This document shows, piece after piece, positions 29,455-49,793 of a stretch of DNA of 64,000 nt; the stretch's first letter is position 1; the number at the start of each line of letters is the position of its first letter. The notes beneath the pieces were generated by a model. That model worked only from the letters and a program-made list of their open reading frames with translations. It was not told the DNA's origin and made no database searches. The position numbers and the translations under genes are program-made. This DNA comes from the human T2T-CHM13v2.0 reference genome, Homo sapiens. The stretch lies in NCBI RefSeq assembly GCF_009914755.1, contig NC_060946.1; one strand, 5' to 3'.

Positions 29455-31030
29455 AACGTATGGATAGGAAGACCAATATTGTTAAGATGTCAATACCACC
29501 GAAAGTGATCTACAGATCCAATGCAATTCCTATCAAAATACCAATGATGTCTTTTGCAGAAATAGGAAAATCCACCCTAAAATTCATATGGAAACTCAAG
29601 GAACACCCAACAGCCAAATCACCTTGAAAAAGCTGTAAAAGTCACGCTTCCTGACTTCAGAACTTACCACAAAGCTACGGTCATCAAAACAGTGCGGTGC
29701 TGACGAAAGGACACACATATAGACCATGGGAATAGCAGAGAACCCTGAAGCGAACCCTCCCGTATCCAGCAGAGACTGTTGACAAGGGTGCCAAGACCAT
29801 TCAGAGGGGAAAAGACAGTCTTTTCAGCAGATGGCACCAGGACAAGTGGATATGGCCATGCAAAAGAATGTGAAGTTGGACCTTGCCTCATTTCACACAC
29901 AAAAATTAACTCAAAATCGAAGACCTAGACATAAGACCTAAAACTATAAATCTCTTAAAACAGAAGGGAAAAGCTTCATGACACTGGATTTGGCAATGAT
30001 TTCTTGAATAAGACACCAAAGGCACAGGAAACAAAAAGAAAAAATAAACTGGGCTTCATGAAAAATGTTAAAATGTGTGCATTAAAAGACACACAGCAGA
30101 GTGAATGGGAGGAAATATTTTCAAATCACGTATCTGAAATGGGATTAATATCCAGAAACTCCTAAAACTTGACAAAAAATAATCCAATTCAAAACTGGTT
30201 AAAATACTCAAATAGACAATTCTTCAAAAGTGCAAATGCTCAATAAACACAGAAATGCAAATCCAAACTATGATGTCACCTTCACACCTATTAGAATGGC
30301 TATCAAAAAATACTAACAAAAAACAAAAAAAAAATGTTGGTAAGGATGTGGAAACCCTGAACCCTTGCGCACCGCCGGCAAGAACGTAAAAAGGTGTAGC
30401 CGCTGTGGAAAACAGTGTTGTGGCTCCTCAAACACTTAAAGACAGAAATGCCGTGTGACCTGGCAATCCCACTTCCGGGTATACACCCAAAAGAACTGAA
30501 AACAGGCTCAGATACTTATCACCCATGTTCTTCACAGCATTATTCACGATGGCTAAAACATGGAAGCAACCCAAGAGCCCATGGAGGAAGGAATGGGTAA
30601 GCAAAAGCTTATCTCCACATACAGAGGGTTATTCAGCCTTAAAAGGCAAGGAAGTTCCAATGCATGCAATGACATGGAAAAGCCTTGAAAATGTGCTCAG
30701 TGCAATAAGCCAGACACAAAAAGACAAATACTGCCTGATTGCGCTTATGTGAGGGACTGAAGAGGAGTCAAATTCATGGAGACAGGGAGTAGAACGGTGA
30801 ACGCCCGCAGCCAGGGAGGGAGGAATGGGGAGTTCCTGTTTAACTGGGACAGAGTTTCAGACTGGGAAGACAAAAAGGCTCTGAAGATAGATGGTGGTGA
30901 TGGCTGCACAGCAACAGCAATATCAAAGTGCTTCATGCCCCTGAGCTATACACTTACAATGATTAAGATGGTACATTTTATGTTATGTGTACGTGACCAC
31001 AGTAAAATACTGAAAAAACTTGAATACAGA
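29455..31030 (+). mobile_element. Old L1 (L1M-type) ORF2 3' part and 3' UTR
   Basis: Degenerate ORF2 peptide [23 protein letters not shown]; typical L1M 3' UTR. Confidence 0.85.
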
Positions 31031-31133
31031 GAGTTAAATGGAATGTGCACCTTCCAAATGAGTAGAGGAGGAAAAATGCCCCCGACTCCAAAACAGCAAA
31101 ACCATCTGAGTCAATACATCAGAAGAAAAAGTG

Positions 31134-35000
<3,867 letters not shown>

Positions 35001-35040
35001 AGAAGTCTGACAAGGTGAAGCAGGAACTTTAAAGCTACTG

Positions 35041-35224
35041 CCCACTGTACACAGACGAACCAAGGACCTCACACGCCAGGACCATTCTGGAGACAAGGTG
35101 CCGCCCATGTACACAGACGCACCAAGGACCTCACACGCCAGGACCGTTCTGGAGACAAGGTGCCGCCCACTGTACACGGACGCACCAAGGACCTCACACG
35201 CCAGGACCATTCTGGAGACAAGGG
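35041..35224. repeat. 62/63-bp tandem repeat, 3 copies
   Basis: CCCACTGTACACAGACG..TCTGGAGACAAGG at 35041, 35104, 35166. Confidence 0.93.
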
Positions 35225-35405
35225 GTGCCCTCCCAACCGCAGACTGAGGCTCAGCACAAAGCTGCTGGGTGGCCCAAGGTCCAGGTCACAGCTGGCCTGA
35301 GACCAGGAGGCCAAGCAGGCTGGCTCACAACCCAGATGACTCACCAGGCCTGACCCAACCTCACACCAAACAGCAATTCCAGGAGGGCTCAAGACTCCTC
35401 GAGGT

Positions 35406-36140
<735 letters not shown>

Positions 36141-37553
36141 TTTGTAAAGACTCCTAGAGGAAATACAGGGAGCAGCTTTACGGCTGCAGAGTGGGGACGA
36201 GTTTCTTCAAGCAGACCCAGCATGCACATGCCACATGGGGAAAGGGTGATAAATTTGAGGAGTACGATGAAATGAACAAACTTCGGTTCATCAGACAATA
36301 GAAAATTCAGGCTGCTTTTCAGAACCTTTACACACTGACGGGTGCACGAACGGAATTCCATGGCCAGGACTCGCTTCAAAACAATGGAATGGAAGGAATG
36401 GGAGAGGGGAGGCTGGCCAGGTGCGTATAACTTCTAAAGTTGAGTGAAAGAACAGGGGGCTCTCTCCAAAGATTTCCAAACTAAAAAAGAATATTTTAAA
36501 GACATCACTAAAAATGAAAAGATACACTCACCCACGGGCACAAGCCCCCGACAAACAGTGCACAGGCAGGGCAGGAGCCCCCGGTGCAGGCCCAGAACCC
36601 TGGCATGACACACACGCAGACCCCATGCCAGGTGGTGCGAGGTGGAGGACGCCGTGCCCACATCCATCGCTCAGGAAACACATGAGACCAGCCGGCCAGA
36701 GCCCTGAATCTCACCTCAGGGGACTCCTGCACCAAGGCTGGGGCACCACAAAGCCTGCTGCCCATCGCCAGGGGACACCTGCTCTTTTCACATGCCTGAC
36801 GTGCATGGGCAAGGGCCACATCTGGGATCCTCTCCGACGGGGCAGGGTGTGCAAAAGAGGACGCAGCCCCAGCAACAGGCAACTCTATGTAGAGCACCTG
36901 GGTAGTCCCTGCTCTCTTTATTTTTGTGAATATTTTGTAAATTTGAAGTTATTTCCACATAAAAAGGTAAAATCAAGCTCCCCACCAGCCCGAGCCCAGG
37001 AGGTGCTCTCAGGAAAGCCACCATCGCCTCCAGCAGGTAGCACCTAGGCTGGAGCAGAGGTGATTATGTGTGGCAGTAATCTGCCCCGCTGTCCCCAGTA
37101 GTAAAGAAAACTTCACATAAATTTTCAACCCCACTTCTACCAAAAGTAAGTAAATATGGTGAAAGTGAAGAGAGACAGAAATCAGCTACACTGTGGTGTC
37201 TCCCCTCTGCTGAGAACATCTTCTACATGCCTGGGGTGCTTCAGGGAAGAGAACCCGGCCTAGAGGAACGTTGCCCCACAAAGCTAGGGGTGGGAATGAC
37301 ATGGTTGGGTACCCAAGTCGCCGGGGGCAGGGCAGAGCTGTCTAAATGGCCAGATGACTGTGGTTCATGGCCCACGGCCCTGCTCTGCGAAATGCTACCT
37401 TTAGTTCAGTAAATGCCAGCATCTTTAGGAGAGTCTGAGTGCAGAGGAAGGTGCGGTGAGGCCAGTGAGAAACGCAGCCCATGCTCTGAGCACTCAGAGT
37501 TTTCCCCAGCACAATTTTTATTTGCTTCAGCTTTTTCAATTAAAACAAATCTA

Positions 37554-38030
<477 letters not shown>

Positions 38031-38244
38031 TCAGGTCTGTTCCTCATACAGGAGAGCAGGCGCTCCTGCAGGCTGCGTCCACCCAGGTGCCCTCCCGAGC
38101 TCCCAGGCACTGGCTGGACCTGCCCTGCAGCTCCTCCTTCCAATGTGTCGTCCTGGCGCTTCCTTCCCGAGTGCCCGCCACTCCAGACCCGATGCAGGTC
38201 AAGCACAGGGAGCTGCCACCTGTGGCCTCATGGCCCCTGCCATG

Positions 38245-38377
38245 CCTCCCAGTGCCACCCGCAGCAGCCAACTCATGCACCCACACTGCCCGGGAGGCAC
38301 CCACACAGGGCCTCCCGGTGCCACCCGCAGCAGCCAACTCATGCACCCACACCGCCCGGGAGGTACCCACACAGGGC
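38245..38377. repeat. 66-bp tandem duplication
   Basis: Copies start at 38245 and 38311. Confidence 0.9.
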
Positions 38378-39933
38378 TCTCCCCACTGGGCACTGAGCCA
38401 GTGTCTCCTGCTTCAATCCATGCCAGATACAAACTTTTATAAAAAATTAACAGCCAGAAACATGGAGGAAAAAAAGACTTAAAAACACAAGCCAAAGGGG
38501 GCCGCGGCCGGTGGCTCTAATCCGTAACCCTAGCACTTTGGGAGGCTGAGGACCACTTGGGCCCAGGAGTTCAAGGATGCAGTGACCTAGGATTGCGCCA
38601 CTTCACTCCTGCCTGGGCAACAGAGCAAGACCCCGCCTCAATTAAAAGAACAAAACAAAACCTCTGCAGGTACCCACTAGGTGACAGCTGGGATCCTCAC
38701 AGGGCCTACCTAGTGGACTCAACGCCCCCAAGACAGAACAGCTTCCCCACCCTCTGAGGACGGCTGTGCAGGTCAACAGCCTGGGGCTGCAGCAAGTGCT
38801 CAAGGGAGACAACGCCTCCCGACAGTGACCCCAGAAAAAGTTCCAGAATAGTGACATCTTTATTCCAGAGTCAACATACTACCCTCCAGCATTAGACTAC
38901 AGACTAAGGCTGGGGCTGGGCGAGGTGGCTCACACCTGTAATCTCAACACTTTGGGAGGCCTAGGCAGGAGGATTGCTTAAGCCCAGGAATTCAAGATCA
39001 GCCTGGACAACATAGTGAGACCCTGTCTCTATAAAATAGACTAGGGCCAGGTGGCCTCCAACACTGCAGGAAGTGAGTCCAGGTAGGAAAAAAGTGCCTT
39101 CCGAATTCTGGGGCCCAAGGTGCCTACCCTGCAGGGAATAGTAAACAGACACTCTCTGGACTGCGGGGGCCAAGGCCCGCCACCCAAGGCCCTTAGCAGC
39201 CGGCATATACCACCTGTGGGTGACCTTGTCTACACAGGACTTTGCTATCCATCCGCCAGGACCTGAGGGAAGAGAACTGCCGGACCCCATTCCTGCCCCT
39301 TCTGCCACCATTTCAGACACCCCACAGGGACTCATTTTGGGGGTTCCCAAATGAGTTCCCACTGACTTCCAGGAAATCCATAAGCTGCTCTATGACCCCA
39401 GCTTGGGTGACCATCTCTCCTTGCCACGCTGACCCTTTTCCCCTGACCTCACAGTGCCTCAAGCTCCAGGAATGGCTCAGAAGGGGTGCAGAGCCAGTGG
39501 TGATGGCACGGTGGGTCAAGGAGTCACCCCTGGAGGTGATGTGTCTGGCAGAGGCCTTGGGGAGCTCAAAAGGATGGCACTGGGGGTGCATGACTGTTCA
39601 TGAAGCCAAAGAGAAATAAAAAGAGGCAGCAGAAGGAACTTTCTTCATGTGAGATAGTTCAAGTTCAGACTTCCTGCTAACAACATCTATTAGGACATGG
39701 GCTGGACCAACTCATCTTCCTATGGAATACCAAGACAGGAGATCCAGACAAACTCCATCATGTGCACCAAGCCCAAGCTCAAACAATCAGCTGGTGCAGC
39801 ATGTCTGCTGAATGACTGTGCTGTGATGGGCTAGGACCAGCAGGCGGCCCAGGGGCCCTAGACTGCTCTGTTCACCTCCATCCAACCACATCGCTCTGCA
39901 CACCAGGCACCATCTCTGTAGGCTCACCACTAA

Positions 39934-40270
<337 letters not shown>

Positions 40271-40902
40271 AACTTTTCTAACAGCTCAAGTCACTCTAAT
40301 TTAAATGCATGAGGAGAATATCTAGGTATTTAAAGTTCGCCACGTATTTTCACCTGAGTGATGCTTCCCTTCCTAAGGCTGACCAAGACCAGTTCATCCT
40401 TTTAAACTCAAAATAAAATGACACCAGTGAAGGCGGGAGGAGCACCCTATCAGGGTGAAGGCGGGAGGAAAACCTCATTCGAATGAAGGTAGGAGGAGCA
40501 CCCATCACAAAGCCTTGCCTATCTGAGGTTCTTGTCCGTGAGGCTGAAGTCCAGGCTCTCGTAGTAGAGGAGCTCCTCCTAGAAGATCTGAAGCAGTCAA
40601 AGGAACCAAACCGACACAGGCCGTCTGCCTGCTGATCACAGTCTCTTTTAAGACACTTTCTACTTTGCATTCTGATGAACCTAGGAGTTTTGTTAAACAG
40701 ATTATGCGTGTATTTATCCCTCATTTCATGCAATAACCAAAAAGAGTTATCAGGAAACCCTGTTTGTCTTTTCACCCCATGTATGAACTCTCATGTGAAT
40801 GAGTCCTGCAGTAATCCATGTTAAGGGAGCCCTAATTTCAAACTGGTGCAAATGGAAAAGACTTTCCCTTTTCCTTTAAGACTAAAGACAAAATGTCCTC
40901 CT

Positions 40903-42922
<2,020 letters not shown>

Positions 42923-44440
42923 AGAAGCTTCACCCTCATCTACACAGAATTCAAATGCACAGCTGAGGCCTCCTACATGCACCCAGGGGTAGTGCCCAGG
43001 GCCTAAGAACAGGGCTGCCAGATCAGCTGCCTCTCAGACCACAGCAAGGCAGTAAACCCGGTTTCAGGCAGCAGTCAGTACTGTATTGAGAGCCTGCCCC
43101 TCACAACCACCCCAGAGGTGGGTCCAGCACCATGGTGCCAACAGGCCAGGCGCACTGGGAGCTCCTCCACTGGTGGCAAGGTGGCCTGAAGCACCAGCAT
43201 CTCCTGGAGACTGGGAAACCCAGACTGCAGAGACCGCGGCCAGGAACACTCGTCCAGGTTTGTTTCTCTCTCTCTACTCGAAGCTGAAATAATAGTTTAT
43301 TCCCAAGTTAGGAAAAGAACAGAACCACACAGTACGCGGTTTAGCTCCAATACATGCTTTCAAATATTTAGGTCGAGTTTTCTTCTCAATCAGCCCTGGC
43401 CACTTCAGCCCCCATGTCCTGCATGCAAACACTGCCTCCTTCAGTCCTGCCTACCCAACATCAGGAGCCAAAGAACAGAGAGCGTGCGGCCCGGCCAGGC
43501 CCGGCCTCTCCCAGAGCAGGTCATCATCTGGTACTGGCCAGGGAAGGGAGCACTTCAGACTTTTGGCTCTTCATTTTGTTAGATCACATTTTGTTTATTT
43601 TGCTTCAATTTCAGTAAAGCTGAAATTTTTAGACCTCTTATACAGAAGCTCTTAATACAAACCCTAGACTTTTTGACTCATAGGTAGAAATCCAAGCAAA
43701 ACCATCTCTTCAAAGTCAGATTAATTTACAAAGACAAACACCTTGGTTTTGACAGGGTTTTCCCTGGATGGGAAGGATTATGAGCATTTTTTGTTCATTC
43801 TGTCTGAATTGACTAATTATCTGAGTATTTACAGCTCTGTGAAAAGAAACTGGACTTCACTTTGGTAAAGTAGAGTAATATTAACAAAAATCACTTAAAA
43901 CTTCTTTTTTTTTTTTTGAGACACAGTTTCACTCTGTCACGCAGGCTGCGGTACAGTAGCACAATCTTAGCTCACTGCAACCTCCCAGCCTCACCGCCCG
44001 ATGCAGCTCAGCCTGCATGCGTCCCACCTGTGCTGTCCTCCCCTCACATGTGGGGCAGGTCTGACACCTCAGAGGGTCCTGCTCACTGACCCCCGGCAGT
44101 CCTGGAGGGTCTGTGTGGTACTGGGGCTCTAGGCGTCTCCCCCAGCCAAGCTGCAAGCTCAGCACCAGGCTGGCTCTACCCGCCCTGTTGACCGGCAGGC
44201 CCCATCTGTGCTCACAGCTCCTCCCCTTGTTTGGCCACCCTTTCCTCAGGGCATCTGCAGCAAGTGGGGGGCACAGCACGGGAAACGGGGCCAAGGCCAC
44301 AGCAGTGGATGTCCCGATGCCGGCAGTCACTGGGAAGCCCAGGCCAGAGCCCCTCGGGTTGAAAGTCATACAGAGTTCCTGCGTGGGCTTCATTCCTTCT
44401 TAAAGTTTAGTCACTGAAATTCTTAAAAATCTTCACGCAC

Positions 44441-45020
<580 letters not shown>

Positions 45021-45247
45021 TAGAAAACTACAGATTATTCCAAGCCTACAGACTAAAATCTTTTACAACATCTATTCCCCAAAAAGACGTGGTAAACAAG
45101 CAGAACCACACTTCAGGGGAATATTAGGAAGCTGCGCCAACTAGAAACGCAATGACCACACAGCACGGGCCCTGCAGGCTGTGCCCACGTCCTCCCAGGG
45201 TCCCACACTGCAGGCTCCTTGTGGACTCAATGCTTGGACACGCTTAC

Positions 45248-46614
45248 CTCTGCGGGGGAATATAAGGAGCGCACACGGTCGGCAGGACCGCGCAGGGCTC
45301 AGCCAGAGCTTTCTTAGCCTTTTTTGCCTTCTTCCTGACCTTGGATGTGGACCTGACCGTTTTAACCGAGCTCTCTTTTCGACAGACGCCATTTTTCATT
45401 TCGACATCCCCGTAAATATTCAGAGGCCTCCGGGTGCAGCCTGGAGGCGTGTGGACATCACAGTAAGCGGTCTTTCTGACGGAGAAGGTGGTGCCACCGC
45501 CAGTCAGTTCCTTCACGGGCTCCATTTTCATGTACAGGCCAGCCTTCTGGGCACACGTCACATGGAATGCTGTGTAGCAGTTTGCTTTGTGGCACTGGAT
45601 GCAGGCACCCACGCCCTTCTGCTTACAGAGGTAGCATGTCAGTTTCCACCGGGCTGGAGGGATGTTCCTCACCCCATCGATGGGCTCGATGAACACCGTG
45701 TTGGCAAAGCCGACCTCTGGGATCCACAGGGCACACACCACGTGACCCCAGCGGTCGTCATCTGTCTTTTTGAAGGCACCACCCTTGTTGGGGCACAGCA
45801 CACAGTCGGCGGGCCGGGCCCGCGACTGCAGGCAGTGGCGGCAGAGCCACTGGCCCTCGGGGATGTAGGGCACCCCGTAGCACTCCTGGTGCACGGCCAG
45901 GTTGCACATGTCGCAGAAGAGGATCACGTTGCTGTTCTGACACTCCCCGTCCATGCAGATGCAGCACACGGCGTCCTCGTCGATCAGAGACTGCTGCTCG
46001 CCCTGCTTCTGGTTCTCGCAGTGCGACTCCTTCTCGAAGCGGTCCATCAGGAACTCAAACATGCTCTGCGACACGGCGGGGACGCAGTCGCCCTTGCGCT
46101 TCTCATTGACGATCTCCAGCCAGGCATAGTCCTCCTCGTCCATGTCATACTCCACCTCGTTGTCCAGTTCCTCGGCCGACTTCTCGATGAACTTGTAGTA
46201 CACAGGAGGCCTCCTGGGGGCGGACGGAGGGCTGTACTCCACGATGCGCACCTTGGGCTCCGGGAGGGCACTGGCCGAGGCCGGCGTGCCGTGGGCGCTG
46301 GGGAGGGCCTCGTTTTTCTTTTTGACTCTGTTGTTTTTGTGACGCTTAGTTCTTAAGCAGACAGGAGGCCGCTCGCTGTTTTCCTTGTTGCTGTTGCACT
46401 CACTCATCTCTTGAGCAGTGAGGTCATCTTCCAATATGATCTCCAGGGGATCAAAAATACTGATCCTGTGCAAGCGCCCTTCAATTTCTATCTCTACCAT
46501 CCTTTGAGCTTGAGCGTAGGTCAGCGTTTCTCGCGTAGGGGAGTGTTTAACACTGCATGGGGAAGAAGGATGCCTCGCTGCAGAGCCTCGATGACATCGT
46601 CCTTTCCTCCTCAT
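45248..46614 (-). CDS. BRD1: BRD1 first coding exon (exon starts at 46628; 1367 coding nt): KAT7-binding N-terminus, EPC-I, PHD1-Zn knuckle-PHD2
   Basis: Acceptor TTTTAG|GTAATC, ATG at 46614, donor GAG|GTAAGC; motifs [66 protein letters not shown]. Confidence 0.98.
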
Positions 46615-49600
46615 TTGGTAATGATTACCTAAAATGAAGGCAAAAGTAAAGGTAATTCTACGCAGGGTGACCAAAGACTCGAGAAAACCACAAAAGCATG
46701 CTTGGACAGATCTAGCTCAGCAGCTCAAAGCCCAATCAAAGCAAAACTCACAGCTAACCTCTTTCCAAGGTGTCCAAAACCACACATCCAGGCCTGAGCG
46801 AGTCCCCAGGACCAGGGAGGGAGCAGCAGTAACAGGCAGAGAGGCAGCCTGAGGAGCCCTCCTGAGCACCTGCGTCCCTACCACCACACACCAGTCCCCT
46901 CTCAGACCACACCAACAGGCTGCGGAGACCACAGCAACGCTCCCCAAGGAGGAGGGGTCCGGCCCAGAGCCCACAGTTGCAGGACTTTCCCAGCATGCAG
47001 GCGGTCCCCCAGGAAGTCCACATACAGGGCTGGACCCCACCAGGCACAGAGGCTATGCCCACCAGACAGGCATGCTCAGTGGCTACCTGGTCCTATCGGA
47101 TGCTCCCCCTAAACCACTCTTCCCCTCCCCACTACTCCCAGGAGAGCACTCCCATGAGCCCAGAGTCACCACAGTCCTTGCAGCATTCCTGCTGGGGCCA
47201 GGGGTAGGAGACAGATCACAGCCTGTCCATCCTCTATAGACAGGCCCTCCACACGCACAACACGGCACAGGGGACCAACAGGGGAGCCCTGTACTGGTCT
47301 GAGGGGACAGTCTTGGCCCCTGGGAGGCCCCAACCCCGCTTCTGCAGAGCCTTGGCAGTGACCACCATGGAAACCACCACAGGCTGAGCCAACCTGCCCC
47401 TTCCCCTCAGGGGCACTCCTCAAGCCCCACTGAGACCATGGTGCTGGCCACGTCCTCCTCCTTCCACGTCCTCCTCCTTTCTGAGAGAATCCAGACACAT
47501 GCATGACGCCAAAGGGAATCTCTGTTCTCCCCGGCACACGTGAAGGCAGACGCTCCACTCAGGCTCCACAGCGAGGGGTGACCCCCAGGAACCCCTCGCT
47601 GCTTGCAGAGACCCTCACCAGGAGGGTCGCCAGCGCTGGCTCAGGTGCCTGAAGACTTGGCCACAGAGGCTTAGGAGAATCTGCTTTTCCAGAGGTAGGC
47701 AAAACCAGTGAGCTGCCTCCCATACCTCCAGCTCCTCGTGGCAGAGGCCTCTGCTGTCCCAACACCACGGACTGCGTCTATTCCTAGCTGTCCCCAGGGT
47801 GCCTGGTGTGTGGACACCTCCTGTGAAGACCACCGCCTGCTGGGCAGTGCCTCCCTCCAAAGCGCCACACTTCACTGACAGGAAGCAAAATGATTTTTCA
47901 GTGACTGACTCGCAAAACAAATATTCTCAGCTGAAGCCCAAGGCATACTCTGCATCTAGCCCTGCCACGTCAGGGACGCCTGGCCTCGGGGCCCAGGGGG
48001 ATCAGGGGCACCCACAGCAGCCTTACCCTGATCTATTGGGCCTGAGAAAAAGCCCTCAGGGAGCAGGCTTCCCTCTGTGAGTCCCGAAAGGAAATCCCAG
48101 CAGACTTCAAGAGCACTTCTTAAGACAGACCCTCCAGACACTGGGTATCTTTCTCTGTATCAGACAGAAATCCTCATTGTATGTTGAAACTAGATTGCAA
48201 TTACCTACAGAAAGGAATAGGAGAGAAAATGTGGTCGGCCAAACCTCAGACCCCCTGCATCTCCAGGGCCTCCAGGTACCCACTCAACCCTGGATTCCTG
48301 GGGAGCTGTCAGCACAGCCACCCCCCAGCCGGCCCCGTGAGCCCTGCAGAGGTGACACCACAGCCTGCAGAGAGCGACCCTAGTGCACCCGGGACGCCGA
48401 CACGCGTCATTACTGAGGTGGGGCAGAAGCAACAGTTGGTTACTCACCAGATCAGAAACGAACCTGTCATTTTCCCCTCGACAGCAAAGTCCTGAGTCGC
48501 CCTAACGACAAGCAGCCCCTGGAAACCCACTCTCTCCCAGGGAGCCGTGAAGCTCTTCATCGCAACACTTTCTACAAGGGGAGAACTGAACCGAAGGCTT
48601 CACGGCCACAGCAGCTCCATACCCTCAACATGCAACTGGGACCCGGGGAAAGTAGGCCCTCAGCAGGGCAGGGCGACCCACGACCTCCTCTGCTTCACCG
48701 CTTCCCCCCTGGGCCGGTTCTGTCCCTGGCCCTTCCACTGGGACAAGCATTTCCACTGGGAGGGATCCGCGGGGGCACACACGTAGCTTCTCAAGGAATA
48801 ATTCCCTTAAGTACATCGAAGAGCCCTGCGGGCCACAGGCGGGGAAGGCTGCCCACAAGACGGCCGCTTCCATCTTCCCACCGCCCGCCCAGGGAGAAGC
48901 CGGCCACGCGCCGGGCCTCTCGGTCAAGGCCACAGGGGCCGCGGCCGCTGAGCTGTGCGAAGTTGTGTGCAGCACACAGCACTCGGGACGGCGCTGGGCC
49001 GGCCAAACAAAAACATCCGCCGATTCCACTAACTACACAACCACCTGGCGACAGACCCTCAAAAACAGACACGGGCGGCCGCGCTTTCTGGGGAGACGGG
49101 GCCGCACCCCGCGGGGCAGGGGGTCCCGCTGCTACGGATTCTCAGAACTCCCGCGTCCGCTCACAAGAGCCGCGTTTCCCGTGAACTGCGCCTCAATCGT
49201 GTCACTCGTTTTAAAAGGCCCGGGGAAGCCTCGCGTTCGTCGCGAGGCGTCTCCCTGCAAACGCCCGGGGAGGCCGCGGTGCCGGTTCCCAAGCCCGGCC
49301 GCCGCAGGCCGCGCGGCTCCTGGGCGATCTCGGGGCGCGTCCCTGCTCACAGGGAGTTCCCGTCTTGGCAGAGCTCGGCGGGCCTGTCTGTTACATAAGG
49401 GGCGGCCCGGCCGGCTCGGCGGCTGCCCGAGGCCCGACCCGACTCGAGCGCGGACTCCGGGCAGGCGCCCGCGGCCCAGGCCGCCGAGACCCACAGCCCG
49501 ACTCGGCCTCCCTCGACTCCCCGGCCTGACCTACCCGGTCTCCCCGCCCGGCCTCCCCGTCTTCCCGCCCGTCTCCCCGGCCGCCCGGCCCGACCTCCCC

Positions 49601-49657
49601 GGTCTCCCCGCCCGGCCTCCCCGGCATCCCGGGCTCCCGGCCCGCAGACAATGCGGA

Positions 49658-49681
49658 GCCGCCGCCGCCGCCGCCGCCGCC
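49658..49681. repeat. (GCC/GGC)8 trinucleotide repeat
   Basis: Eight perfect GCC units read directly. Confidence 0.97.
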
Positions 49682-49793
49682 AAACATGGCGTCGGCACCA
49701 CAACCCCGAGAGGCCGGGCCGAGGCGGCGGCGGCGGCCGGGCGGCCCGCGAGGCGGCGGGGAGGCCTCCCCGGCCAGGCCCCCGCCCACTCAC

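Noticed and set aside
45181-46356. 391-aa plus-strand ORF
   Set aside because: Antisense shadow of the GC-rich BRD1 coding exon; non-ATG start and no domain
46615-46674. 20-aa N-terminal extension in the ORF track
   Set aside because: Starts at a non-ATG codon and crosses the acceptor at 46628; the ATG is at 46614
46700-47800. Location of the published BRD1 promoter risk SNP rs138880
   Set aside because: I recall it lying upstream of the start codon but cannot place it from sequence alone; needs a coordinate lookup
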